The notes under the pieces: generated by a model
The model's database searches: none
Seen by the model: only the letters and a program-made list of their open reading frames with translations
Told to the model about the DNA's origin: nothing
Program-made: the position numbers and the translations under genes
In this document: piece after piece, positions 26,149 through 38,486 of the stretch
Position numbering within the stretch: position 1 is the first letter of the stretch
Layout of the letters: every line of letters begins with the position of its first letter
Assembly: GCA_964187785.1 (NCBI GenBank)
Contig: OZ076417.1
Coordinates: forward strand, 22,878,001 to 22,942,000
Origin: Amphiscolops sp. MND2022
Lineage: Eukaryota
Direction: 5' to 3'
DNA length: 64,000 nucleotides

Positions 26149-26557
26149 ATTGTTACATTGCCATTTTCATATTTCAAATACTAACTTATCAGTATCTTAC
26201 CCTGTTCTTCAGTCTTTCCTTTCCGTCTTTCACTACCTTTTGTTAGACCTTTCTGTTCTTTGGCTTACAGTCGACTGAAGATCCCGGATTTTACATCTGG
26301 ACCACGGGACCGCTATTTCCTCCTTCAATAGGCCAGGCGCCAGAGTCTTCTCCTACAATATCCAACTCTCGGTCTAACAAATCCCTGTCAGCAGTGTTAT
26401 TGTTCAACTGGAACTGACCACATCTCTCTCTATCTCTCTCTCTCTCTCTCTCCAACTCTCATCCTACATTTGTCGAACAGCCCTAGGTAATCTATCTGGT
26501 CTTTTTTCATTTTGAACGGAAAAGAGCTTGATGAAAGCTCCTAATCGCTTTCACAAA

Positions 26558-26618
26558 CTTCCTGTTTCTTTTGTTAAAAAAGTCGTAACACTCTGTGTTT
26601 TCATTTCACTTCCGGAAG
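26558..26618 (+). promoter_or_regulatory. Conserved motif pair upstream of ORF1 in A (CTTCCTGTTTC; TCACTTCCGGAAG, ETS-like)
   Basis: The same two motifs occur in the same order and similar spacing at 60512-60578 in element B, amid otherwise diverged DNA. Confidence 0.65.
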
Positions 26619-26688
26619 GTTTTAACTGCGGTTTTTGGATTGATTTCCAGAAAGATACGGGCAAATTTTCATTTCCTTCTGTTTAGAC

Positions 26689-26750
26689 ATGTCAAGTCAG
26701 AAGGATCTGCCAGAATCCACTCCTCATCCAGCTGATGCCGTCAATGATCA

Positions 26751-26786
<36 letters not shown>

Positions 26787-27834
26787 AATTGAAGGAATAC
26801 CAGAGAAGCCGTCCCTAATCGGTTTTCTCCTAAGGATTCACATGGTAGTAAGTCCACTGACGAAAGCATCACTGCTTTTATCGAAAGAACGGTCTCTTCC
26901 ATTGCACTTTTCGAAACTGAGGCCGTCAAGGCTTTCCTGCCGCCAGCTGGATCTGCGATAGCCATCCGTTCCTAAACTTTAATTTTCCAAAAGGTGTCCG
27001 TCTCGGATCCTATTACTGTGCCTCAAGATTTCCAAGCAGACCAGCCAGGAACGTCTGCCGAGAATGACGCCATTCCCCGCACAGAAGCGAAAGCCCTGTA
27101 TGCGGATACCAGTGACGTCGAGGAGCAAATTGACAGTTCCAGTGTTGAAGCCTTTCCACCTGCCTCGGCCGCTCTGGCTTTTGATCCCGCATCATTCCCT
27201 GGTTACGAAGGCGATTTCCACAGTGAATTTGGGCACAGTGACGCTGAGCAGGATCAGTATCGGGCAAACCTATCCACGGCTGATAGACAATTGACTGGAA
27301 AGGGAAAGGCAGTCATAAAGAAGTACTTTAGCCAGATCCGTCCGTCCCATATCATTGACAGTCGGACACCCAACCATTGCCCTTAATGCAGAGGAAATGC
27401 ATGCCATCCTCAGGACCATCGCTGACGAGTCGGTCATATCCTACTATCATATGATGAAGTCCTTGTTACTCCATGCTACACAGAGGGCTCCACGTGATAA
27501 ACGCAGCAAAGGAAATCCACGGCGTTGTGCCACACCGGACCGAACTTGCCCTGAAAATTCTGGTGACGAAACCAGCATGGGAGGTAACACAACTGATGGC
27601 TACACTAGTGGGGCTATCAATTCAGACGAGGAGCCCTACAACTTTGGCTCATTATCAGGGGCTAAGACTGCCAATGAAACTGATCCCCTTCTCAGAGTTG
27701 CGGAGAGACAAGCGTGGCAGCCTGCCACTTTGGCCCACATTGGAAATGTCACGCCAGCATCAGGAATGGATTCAGCAGTACTGACCACCAGCCACTGTCT
27801 CCTCTTGGACGAATGCTCTGTAAGGCCAACGTGA
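26689..27834 (+). pseudogene. ORF1 of element A (acidic, disordered, with a conserved helical core), antisense to pol
   Basis: LTGKGKAVIKKYF...PTIALNAEEMHAILRTIADESV aligns with LSGRSRAILKTYF...PTVAFTEPQIYHLLRVLTDETL in 60509-61816; frameshifts; possible intron about 26845-26993; (GA)n insertion. Confidence 0.75.
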
Positions 27835-27884
27835 CAATATCTTCAAAAGGTGCTTTAAAATCAGTCCACCTTTTCTTGTTGTAG

Positions 27885-29482
27885 GCCGTTGCCGACTGTA
27901 ACGTGGAGCTCAAGCGGATACCTTCTTTATGCGCAGAACTTGAGACTCACTGGCCGTCCATTCGGGACTACATAACTAAAACAGCCCCCACACAATTGAT
28001 GCATGGAATCAAGAACAATGTAATCATTTTCGAATTTATTCTAGGACTTTATTTTGTAGGGCACATTCGACCGTCGTTTCGTTAAGACAAATCAGTATCT
28101 TCTTTAGATTTGCGTCATAAGTTTATCGTTTCCTTTTCAGCCGCAGAGTCTGGAATAGACTATTATAATGGACGACTTCTTCACAATCAAGCTCAAATTC
28201 CTCTCCCTCCTTGTTGAGGATTGAAAGTTGCTTTTTTATACACTTTAAGATTTTATTGATTCTTATCTCCTCTGAAGGCCCATTTCGGCTTTATAGCTAA
28301 GATAACTAAAGTGCCCCACGTTGTTCCAGGACAACTTTTCCAAAATTGATTTTCCTTTCACTTCACGTCATGTTTAGACGCAAAATGCATCGACCGCAGT
28401 CTGGCTATTTGACGAGACGCTACTCTCTTCATCTACGGACAGTACTGCCGATTTGTGAGAAAGCTGTGTTGTCGTGTCATTTTGCCCGAATTCATACCTG
28501 ACAAGGTTAACTGGACTGGGTTGCTTCATCTGTGCCCAGACGATCTCAGGCAGTTGTCTACCCGGAACTTTGCTAATCGAGTCAAGCTCAAAACAGATCT
28601 CGAGACAGCCTGCCGTTCCAAAGTCCGCCGCCTGGACTCCGACAAGAAAACTGGGCCGCCTAACTTGGAAGAACTAATTGCTGCTAAGAAGGAGAGTTTC
28701 CAGATGAAGCCCCCAATAACGTCGTAACGTTACTGGAATCCCTATTGCGAGCCATCCACTTCACCGCCAATATTGTCCACGGTATGGGTTGTTTCGATCC
28801 ATACGTACTACTTTCCCTACCTCTAGACCAGGTCGCCTTCTGCTTCAATGCCCTCTTTGAAAGTTTCCGGCTTCGAGGTTGGGTGACCGGGGCGTCGATG
28901 AGCGACTGCAGGGACGAGTATTTTTAGTTCGTCGATTACTTCCGTAACGCTTACTCTGGTATCAAGGGTGCACCCGGCTTCATTCCTGATGTTCTCGAGC
29001 TTTTGACTCCAACGCCAGCTCTTCGTACCCGCTCTAAACTATTTCACTTGTACCGCCTAAGTTGTAGTTGCATTACTGAGAGCCATAAAGAACTCCCCGC
29101 TTTCAACTTCCAGGATATGGATACTTCGAGTCATCATTGCCGCCTTTCAAGTGTCATATTGCATGCTCAGTCCTAGTTATCTAATTGTCCTAATGCCCCT
29201 GCAGTCTGTACATCTGAGTCTACATTAGGTAAATACAAAGAACCGAAGTTACGATTCAATTCAGGCCAGTTGTCCGGAGACGCATGGTCTCATGTGGACA
29301 CCTTCGGTCGTTCTTCATTTTTCAAAACATTGACCGCTTCTTTCAAGGGTCTCAAGGTTTCCTCTCCTGGGAGTCAGTACAGCTTCTCGAACTTCCTCTG
29401 TGTCAATCTCTGCTGGGAAGAAGCTCAATTCGTGAAAGTAGCTCTAAAGACTAAATGTACATACAGTACTTTTGTTATCTAG
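27885..29482 (+). pseudogene. ORF2 of element A: hAT-transposase-like C-terminal half, spliced; zinc-finger half deleted
   Basis: VELKRIPSLCAELETHWPSIRDYIT (cf. B LDLRSLPTLCQELIDEWKPITTYLT); TANIVHGMGCFDP (cf. B SSNIVKGLAA); RSKLFHLYRLSC (cf. D RSHLLHVFKLCC). Confidence 0.7.
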
Positions 29483-29650
29483 ACTTTGCTTTTTGTAGAT
29501 TTCTGTTTTCTATTATTTGTACCATTTCCGTTTTTATATACGTATTCTGTCATATAAGTCAGTCAGATTAGTCCCAGTAAAAAACATCCTTTTTCGGACG
29601 ATAAGAGAAAAGGGACCGCTTTTAACATTTCTGAGTATTATCTGTAATCG

Positions 29651-32600
29651 TCAGTAAAGTTGGGTGTTAGGCCGAAGGTTATATTTCCCTCGTCTAGGGC
29701 TAGATGTTTCATTAGTCTTTTCATATTTTCCATTATCCGATATTACGAGCGCGGGATTATCCTCCCTTTTGTTAGGAGAAACACTAGTACCATCATCTAT
29801 ATCGGTTGGTGAGTCTATAGGCGTGTCGCCTATCTTTTGGTTAATCTCGGCTAGTGGCCGTGTTCGGCCATTCTTTTTCGCTGCGTTGTTCATCTCTTGC
29901 AGCATTCTCGTTCACGTCATCTTCATCGTGTAACAATAATGCGTCTCGGCTAGTGGCCGTACGCAGCCTTACTTCGTATTCATTTGTATTGCATCGGTAA
30001 TTTCCTTCAGTGACGTCATCTGCATCACGTGAAGTTATGCCGTCGCGGCTGGTGGCCGGTTTCGACCTTACCGCGTTGGCATCAGCCTTGTCGTAAATGT
30101 CGTAATCGCCAGTCGCACCACTTGCATTGTTGTCTGGTGCTTGTGTTGCTTCATTCGGATTATCGTCCTGTCTCGGCTCAAAGACTTGGTAGTCAAAATC
30201 GGCTTCCCATGAAAAGGTATATAATTCGTCTTGTGGCATGATTATCTCATCATCAGGTTGTAATTTCTCTTAGATTAATCGTCCTCTTGATGTGCATTAG
30301 GGACGATCTTTTAAGTCTGATTCGGTGTACTATCTGCGTTTCATTTGTATTCAAAGGCCTGACAATATGATTGTCGTTAGGTATTACTTTTTCAATTTTA
30401 TACAGACTAATCCAACGGTAATCCCTGAACTGTATTTTTGCTCGTTGATTATCTGCTTTACGCTGCAAAATGAAGCAAAATTCTTCTTCGTTCAGGGGAT
30501 CTGCCTTGGTTTTGCGGTCAAATTACTTTGTATTTCAAATATGACTGCATAATATTTTTCTTCGTTTTATCAGTGAGAATTTGTGTTCTCTGTTGTATTT
30601 GTTCTGCAAATTCCGTCGTAGGCAAGAAATTTTCATTGGGAATCTTTCCAAATTTATGATCTAGGACATTGTAGGGAATTCATCCATAAAAGAGTTTGCT
30701 CAAGTCACAGCCAGTACTGGAATGGTAAATAGTTTTGTAATTGAGCATAGTCAGTGGCAAGTATTTGTGCCATTGACGGCGATACTCCCTGAGGCCATTT
30801 TCAAGCCTGCCATTTGTTTGCGCACGATTACTGGTTGCACATGTTAGCATGATTCCGAGAATTTGCGTAACTGCTGCCATAATTTTTGAAGTGAATGCAT
30901 TTTTTTATCAGTGATGAGCGTAGTCGGCAGCATTGCATGTTTTGTCATGATGTGGATTAAGACCTTTGCCGTATTCGAAGCGTTGGCCTCAACTAACGGG
31001 TAGGCAAACAGGTGTCTTGAGAAGACATCTATTGCCGCCATCGCTCTTTGGTAGCCTCCGCGTGTTGGTAGATTTGATAGCAAGTCTATTTGCATTGCGT
31101 CCTCTGGTCCAAGGACCCATTCGGGCATATTGAGCAGTTCATGCGTTATTGAGTTATTTGGAACGCGCTTATCTTTTGCACATATTTCACATCCTTCTAC
31201 CCATCGTTCCACATGTTTAGCCATTCAGAGATAGTAATATTTCTGACGAATTTCCTGCAACATTTTGGATATGCCAGGATGTTGGTTAGCGGTTCCATGT
31301 GCGCTTGTAAAAGCTCTCTTAGCAGGTGCTTCGGTAGGAGGATCTGGTGGTATTTTACTTGTTCAGTTTCATCATAGTATTGTCGCGTGACTATCCCGTC
31401 CTTAAGGACTATTCGGTCCAAATTGTTGAGATAGTGTTTATAGCGAATAATATTTTGGAAAATTACTTCAGAGTAGTCTCCGTTCTGAGTTTTGGCTTTT
31501 AGTTGTGTAAGATAGGATCTTTGAATGCTCAAGCCGAATTTGATTGATTCTGCGTAACTTCTGATTAAAAATTGTGATTTCGTCAACTATATTTTCAGAT
31601 AACAAATCAGTTTGGATTACGACTTCTTGGTAGATCGGGTAGTTACGGCTCTCGTTTTTACGTTCCCAAATGTGCGCTTCTGTTTCGTCATCGTCGCCAG
31701 TGAAAAAAATCTGTTCTTCTTCTGATACGCCTGCCGATTGGACATTTACCTCAATGGGCCGTGTTTCGACATTTTGGCGGCTTTTGAGGACTAGTTTCTC
31801 CTTGAGGTCCACTTCCAAGCGAGATAGGTAGTCGGACGCACGACGCACTATTGTTCTTTCCTGGAATATGTGCTATGACAAAGTTGACTTTTATTACATA
31901 GTCACAGGCGTTCCAGAGTGCCGGAGGTAATTTTTGCGTCTGGAAAAAACCTCGGTACCGATTTGTTGTCCGTAAGGATAGCGATCGGCTTCGGCGTTTC
32001 ACAGATTATGTATCCATATTCTTTAAATACGTAGAAAAATAGCTAAGAATTCTTTGGCGTATATGGACAGACATTTTGAGCTGTGATAGTGTGGAGGTCT
32101 TTGAACCATATGCGATAGGAGCATATGATTTTTTGACAGAAGTGTTTTTCTGATTTGGGTCGTGTTCCTGGTAGCATACCCCGCTGCCATAAATATAGCA
32201 TCTGTCATTAGGACTAATTGCCTGTTTGGCAGCGGTTGCTTTAAGGCCAGTTGAATGCATTTGTCAAGGTCTCGATTAATTTCGTTGAGTTACTCTGTGG
32301 TCACTAAGACTTTCTCGTCCTTTTCAAGGAGTTGGAAGAAAGGGGTTGGTTTTTCAGACAGCCTTGGGATGTAATTCCTGTAGTAGTTCAGGAAGCCAAG
32401 ATATTTCTGTAAGACCTTTTTATGATTGTCCCTCCAGAGAAATCTATTTCGGTTGCCCCAAAGTGGCAGTTGTGTATTGTCAGTTTCAGGAGAGCGTTTC
32501 TGACGCATTCAAATGTCACCTTCAAATTTTTGATGATGTGATTGGCATCGTTGTGAGCTATTCCTATGCCGTCCACATATTCGGCACCGTGATCCGCTTC

Positions 32601-33960
32601 ATTAACCTTGTCAAGGTACACGCGCATAAAGCTTGAGAAGGCCAATAATGTTCTGCTGAGGCCCTGGGCATGTCTTCTATAGGCGAAGGCGCGGCTTGCA
32701 AAATTGAAAACAGTCATCTCTATGGACCTTAGGTCCGCTATTTGAAAACAGTGATATACTTGTGAATAGTCACGTTTACAGAACAGTTTCTTTTCGCCCA
32801 AATGTTGCGTGGCATCCGTTAGGGTGCTAACTGGGTGATTGTTATTTTGGTAATCATCCGATATGAGGTTGTTGATTTTCCTCAAGTCGACCAGTGGTCT
32901 TAATTTTCCATTGGGTTTTTTCTGCGCAAAGATGGTGCTGGCATACTTTGAGAATGGCAGTGTTGCAATTATACCATTATTGTGTAATAATGCCATTTCT
33001 ACCAGTATGTCTCCTTTTAAGTTGACTGGAGTTGGAAGGCCTTGTCTATAGGCGGGCAAGTCGTCCTTTGGTGTCAGTTTGACCGTGAGCTCCTCGTCAG
33101 CCCTATGTCAAACCTCTGCCTCGCAAATAGATCATGGTTTTCTACTAGCAGTTCTTCATTTTTTTAATTTCGTGTTACTGTAGTACTGAGTCCTTCCAAT
33201 CGACGTTACTGAGGAATTTGCAGTGTGATTTTTCTTCGCTCTGCATGTTTAGCTGTTCTGCCTCTTGTAGGTTACGTGATTCCTAAAGAATCCGTCGTTG
33301 AATGGGGATGTGGGCGTCTTCGTCCCCTGGGTTTTCAGGTGTTGGGCCTACTTCGTGCAGGAGATCACTAGGTTGCAACACCCCTGTTTTCATTGTAGAT
33401 TTGGTATTTGATCTCTACTATGATACTATCATTGGGTGGTTTTGTTATATCGCCCGGGTTAACTATGGGTTCCATGACGTTGGAGTATTTGTGATCAGCT
33501 GTTTTGAGTTGCCTAGAAACATGTGGAAAATTGATTATGCCTTGTCGCATGCCCAAGACTGTATAATTCCTATGGAGGAACATTAGTTTTTTAACAGGCC
33601 GGTCTTTTTTTCCATTACTATAAAGTTTTCATGGACTTCAATGTCCCCTACTTCGAATTTGAGTTCATCGGTGTTCTTTGGGGTTTCCAGTTGTCCATTT
33701 GCGACCATGATTTGGAGCGTCGGAGCGGGTCCCTCTTTGACTAGGGGCGCTAAGAGTAGTGCGTATTTTCCTGAGGTCTGCTTCTGATATTGTTCAGTAT
33801 AGTGCTCTGGTATTGGCAGTAGATAAGGCTCCTGTGTCTTTAAGGCCGTCTATGGTTACTTCCCCAAAGTCCATCGGGAAATATAGCATCCGTTGTTTGT
33901 ATTTTAGTCCGAGGTTTGTGGATAATGGTATGTATGCTGGTCTTCCTCTTTGGTTACGAG
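29651..33960 (-). pseudogene. Gypsy pol of element A (PR-RT-RNase H-IN order)
   Basis: GLKDTGA-type protease (~33850); RT PFSKYASTIFAQKKPNGKLRPLVDLRKIN...YVDG (32388-33059); RNase H; integrase QIDLL...AIDVFSRHLFAYP (30844-31224); tail RGKYNLRPN. Confidence 0.92.
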
Positions 33961-34092
33961 GAGACGTATGAAAACCGTCTCCTCGAGTAGGCCGGGTGTG
34001 GTCTGTGTCTCGTTATTAGATGCTTCTTCATCTATTTATTCCTTATTGTTCATTTGTGGATTCGGTTGCCATGAATCGATAAGGTCCTGAGA

Positions 34093-35489
34093 TCATCGAT
34101 TATTTGGAATTTCAGGGTAATCCTCATCATCAGTTGGTGGATAGTCTTCACATTTGAACTGTGAGGTTTGTTGGTCGTAAGGGGAATTGTCCCAATACGG
34201 ATCAATGCAAAAGTCAGGATCATTATATTGAGGGTTATTACCTTCGATTAATGGAAGTGGTCTGAATTGGGTGTCAAGGTTTTCAGTATAGTCAACCGAG
34301 TAGTTTATGTCCGTTTTGTCGTGATGGACAAGGTGGTATGTTTTGATATATGCTTTATCCATCTGTTGCTGCCAGACAACTGATGGTATTCCTGTCGTTT
34401 CGTATTGCGATTGATTGTAGGTGAAGTTGGCTGGGTCGGATATGACATATTGTCGTATCGACATTTGGTCTCATATTTGGAGTCGTGCCAAAACTAGTTT
34501 TTTGAATCAAGTTTCTTTGGAGTCGCTTGACCTAATGTGGACGTCGTGGATTTGTCATTTTTGGTGGAGTTTCCTTCATCCTCGGAGGCGTCTGTGGTTT
34601 TGGTGTCCTGCCTGGTCCTTTTGCGAAGAAGGTGTGCTCCTGCACCACGCCAAGATTTCTGTGCCGGATGATTAGTTTTGCTGCAAGTTAGACATTCTGG
34701 GTATGTTGGACGTTGAGGCTTTTTGCTCTTTTGGTGTCCATTTTCTTTTTTTTTTTGGACAGACTCCAATTTTGGACAGTACTTCCAGAAGTAGTCGTCA
34801 GCCTTCTTGCATTATGAGCATTGGCTATCCTTTTTGGTATCAATACCGTTAGACAGCCGATTTCGCCCCTTACAGAACGATGTCATCGGAAATCGATGAA
34901 GAAAAATCATCGGACTCTTCTAAGGCTTTGAGTTCGAGTTCTCTTTCGAGGTGTGCCACAATCTCCTCGTAGGTCCCATTTTCGAGCCTGGCCATGTTGA
35001 CCGATTTTTTGAGTTTGGGTGGCACTTTAGCATATAATAGGCTATCCATCATGCTCTTGGCGTTTTCCCGAAACACCTTCTCGGCACCCTGATTGAGTTC
35101 TTCGAGAACAACCGGTAATTTCACCGTGTTGGGATCAAAAATAAGTCTGTGCCACTTGTGTTTGCTGTTGCTTGAGATTCGGGTTTGTTTTTTCTACGGA
35201 ATTTGACCAATACGTCTTCCAATGTTTGACGGTTCATAGAATTCATATTGCGAAAAGTTTGTAGGGCACCCTTTCTGAGCAGTTAATGAAATTGGTTTAC
35301 TTTCAATTGTTCAGTCATGGCGGGCTGCGTCTTTGTCATTGTATGAAATCGATCATCAAACAATTCGAATTTCTCTGTTTTGCCATTAAAAGTTATGGGG
35401 TTCGTCGTGACTGGTCTGATTGTCACCGACTGTGGTTTATTTTGGAGATTTACCGGGACATCTGCCACTCGATTAATAAAGTGTAGCAT
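34093..35489 (-). pseudogene. Gypsy gag of element A, N-terminus deleted
   Basis: FNGKTEKFELFDDRFHTM...YAKVPPKLKKSVNMARLENGTYEEIVAHLERELE; knuckle CLTCSKTNHPAQKSW. Confidence 0.88.
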
Positions 35490-35499
35490 TAAAGTATAG

Positions 35500-35893
35500 C
35501 ATCAAAGCAAAGTAAGACCGGTTGGGCCAAGCCGCCGTATTAGTCCATGCCGATTATCAGTAAGTACACCTCAGCAACTGCAAATAAAGCAAGCAAGGCT
35601 CTGATTGGCTAATACACCGTACGCGGCTATGCTTGCTATTCTGGACAGGCAAAAATTTCAACCCGTTTCCTTTCTGCCTGTCAGTATAGCCTGTTGTCAA
35701 ATATTAATTTCACTAAATACACAAGTACAAAAAAGATAATTTACATGTATTGAAAATACCGGAAATATGAAAAATGTTTTCAAGTTTGTTAACAATTGCG
35801 AAGTTTATCAAATTGGCAATGTGCCGGGTAGGGCCGTAGATACACTTTGGTCGGTGGTGTAGAGGTTGCCATCACAGGCGGCAGCCTGCGACA
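35500..35893 (-). repeat. 5' LTR remnant of element A
   Basis: Diverged direct repeat of about 9050-9448; starts TGTCGCAGGCTGCC beside the GTATC TSD; joined to internal gag by a deletion near 35490. Confidence 0.85.
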
Positions 35894-36300
35894 GTATCAT
35901 AGTCTCTTCATGACATTTTTGGACGTTTTTGGGTGGTAAATAAAGGCATCACAAAAGTTGATGTCTCTCAAATGCTTCAACTCCGTGAGCACGACCAACA
36001 GAACAAGGGAATGATGACTTTTCAAGTGGAAAAATTTGTTTGGAAATGACATGCAGATGATTTGGGAAAACAGCGGTTGAGAAATATCTTCATTTTTTCG
36101 AGAAGACAAAAAAACATCTTCGAGAGAAGTGTGTGTTATGAGCTTTGGATATACGTTTCAAGCTTTCTTATAGATTGAAACTTCAGTTTTGTCTGAAATC
36201 TCTCTCTCTCATCGAACCTGTAACCATAAATTTGAAACTCAGCAAATTTTACTAATTTGTTTTTGGAAGAAAAAATCAAAGATTTTTTTGTTTCATTTTT
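35894..36300 (-). pseudogene. Old Gypsy pol G2, right part (RT C-terminus to RNase H start)
   Basis: Degenerate ...QIYGYRFDE... and HSLVLLVVLTE...IYHPKTSKNVMKRL; continues into 7885 across the TSD. Confidence 0.5.
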
Positions 36301-36610
36301 AAAACATTCTTTTGGGAATAAAAAGCATGAAGTGTTTGAAAAAGTTCACGAACTCTCTGAAAACGAATGAGAAATTATTGAAGTATATCTGCTCAAATCT
36401 AGAGAAAAGAGCTCAATACGAATCTATTTACAACATACAAAAAAAAGTTCTCGACTGCTCTGGGATCTCTGCACTTAGATGCGGTGAATCTCGATCATTT
36501 TTTCTTCATCGAACTTAAGCATCCCTTCAATACTCGTTAAAAATTAGTGCTTGAAACAGTACAACAGAGTTCCCAATTCACACCTCAATAACTATCGTAC
36601 CGATACCTAC

Positions 36611-38399
36611 AAGTCGTATCTTGATCTCGTAAGAAAGCCACTCGGTGTACAGCCAGATAGTTTTTAAACTTAACGACAGCCCAGTTTTCGCCATCTAAAT
36701 CAGAGACAGGACAAAAGCGTGGAGAAGCGTAGCCAAACCCCAGAATTCCATCGTTTTGGCTGGTTAGCATACCACCGAGGCCTGGTAGATAGGAAACTTC
36801 TCGTTCTTCATCGACGGCAGTAGCTGTCACGAAGACCTCAAGATGACTCACTACACCAACTCCGGGAGCTGAATCAAAATAACTTCTTACATAGGTTTCA
36901 AAATCTTACTGCCAATGAATTCAGTTTTTTTTCACTTTTTATAGTACTTTCTCGAAAGAGCGAAAAACGAGGTCAAAAAACAAAAAAGCGTTTGACTAGA
37001 AGTTGGTATGTTGGTGCGTGGGTCCCAGACTAGTCCAAAAAGTAAACTCGGTAAGTAACATCGAAGCTACCGACTAAAACTTCACAGCAGATTTTCCTCA
37101 AAACATCGAAAAAGTTGTTTTTTGTGACCTAGAGGTTGGAAATGAAAGCATGAATCAGTTTGTCTCGATTGTTTCCGTTTGATCGATGTCAAAATCTGAA
37201 TAATTTTTCCTTGTTTTCTATACTTGTGTTGATGTGAGAAAACTTCTTTGTCACAAAGACATCCACAGAACCTCAGATCCGAAGATTAAAGAGTAGCGGA
37301 TCAACAACTTACTTAATGAAGTCCTTTGGGAAATTGTATTTGGACTTCTTCATGTAACGTTCCATTTAAACTTACTAAATTGAAGTCCATAGACTTTGAC
37401 GTCACAGAATTGTAGTCTTCGATACGAGTGAATGAACCTCACTAAGTCACCCTCAATTTTGCCCCCTGTACAGTAAATAGCTGTCCAAGAAGCTGCACTA
37501 GTCTTTCTTGCCACACCACATGGATAGCACGAGGTCTTCAGCCCAATTTGACAAACAAAGACGTACATGCCTTCAATAGTATCTCCTAGCAATCAGATTT
37601 AAAACAAAACAAATGAAAACCAACAAATTTGATTTCAGTTTGCGAATTTTCCTCTTCAATTTCTAAAAGATTTCCTTCTACATTGTTGCGCTTTGGCTTT
37701 TATTGTTTTACTTCTATTGTTTATATTTCCACAATCATCAATGCTGCAGAGAAGGATTGAGAAGTGTCTGAAACGGTCACTTGATTCACCTGTTTCCGAA
37801 GCAACGGACAGAACGTCGATGTGGGGTACGGCAGACCAGGGAAATTGAATGTTAGCCCAGCCATTGTTCTTTTGACTGGAAACAAAACATTTTTCTTTGT
37901 CGGTCATCACGAGAGAATCAATGGAATTGCTGATGTCGTAATCAACACCATTAGTTTTGCGGCTGTTGTCTGCTTCAGCAAAATACGGTTCAATTTCTCT
38001 GACAGCAACTTCAGTAAAAACTAAAACAAAAAATTACCAAATCAATAAACGTGTTGTCATTGCATGCTTTTTTGGAATGATATTGCTTCTACATTAGTTG
38101 TTTATTATTGTGTAAGGCGAGGAAAATCATCATATGTGTTGCGTTTTTACCAAATTCTGTCAAATTTCCACAATCTCCATTCACAGTAAGTGGCTAGTTT
38201 AGTTACGACGGCTCAGTTGGTAGTGTATCTTAAGATTCCTACCTTTAAGAATTCCTACCAAAAAGTAGACAGTGGGTTCGAATCTCGCATTCGCTTGACA
38301 TTTTTGACTAGACAGAAAAATCCCGATGCTTAGCGGGCGTCTTGTTTTCTTGTTAAGTTCTATTGTTTGAACAGAAACAGGACCCATTGTTTGGAGTTC

Positions 38400-38486
<87 letters not shown>

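Larger units (their letters stand above)
7886..35893 (-). mobile_element. Gypsy element A (accessory-cassette clade); about 12.7 kb after removing the BEL insertion; 5' LTR/gag start internally deleted
   Basis: Termini TGTCGCAGG (35893, minus) and CCTTACA (7886); identical flanking 5-mer GTATC at 7881-7885 and 35894-35898; joining the flanks restores an RNase H-like KRL*YSTI..E frame in G2; 35500-35893 is a direct repeat of about 9050-9448. Confidence 0.85.
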
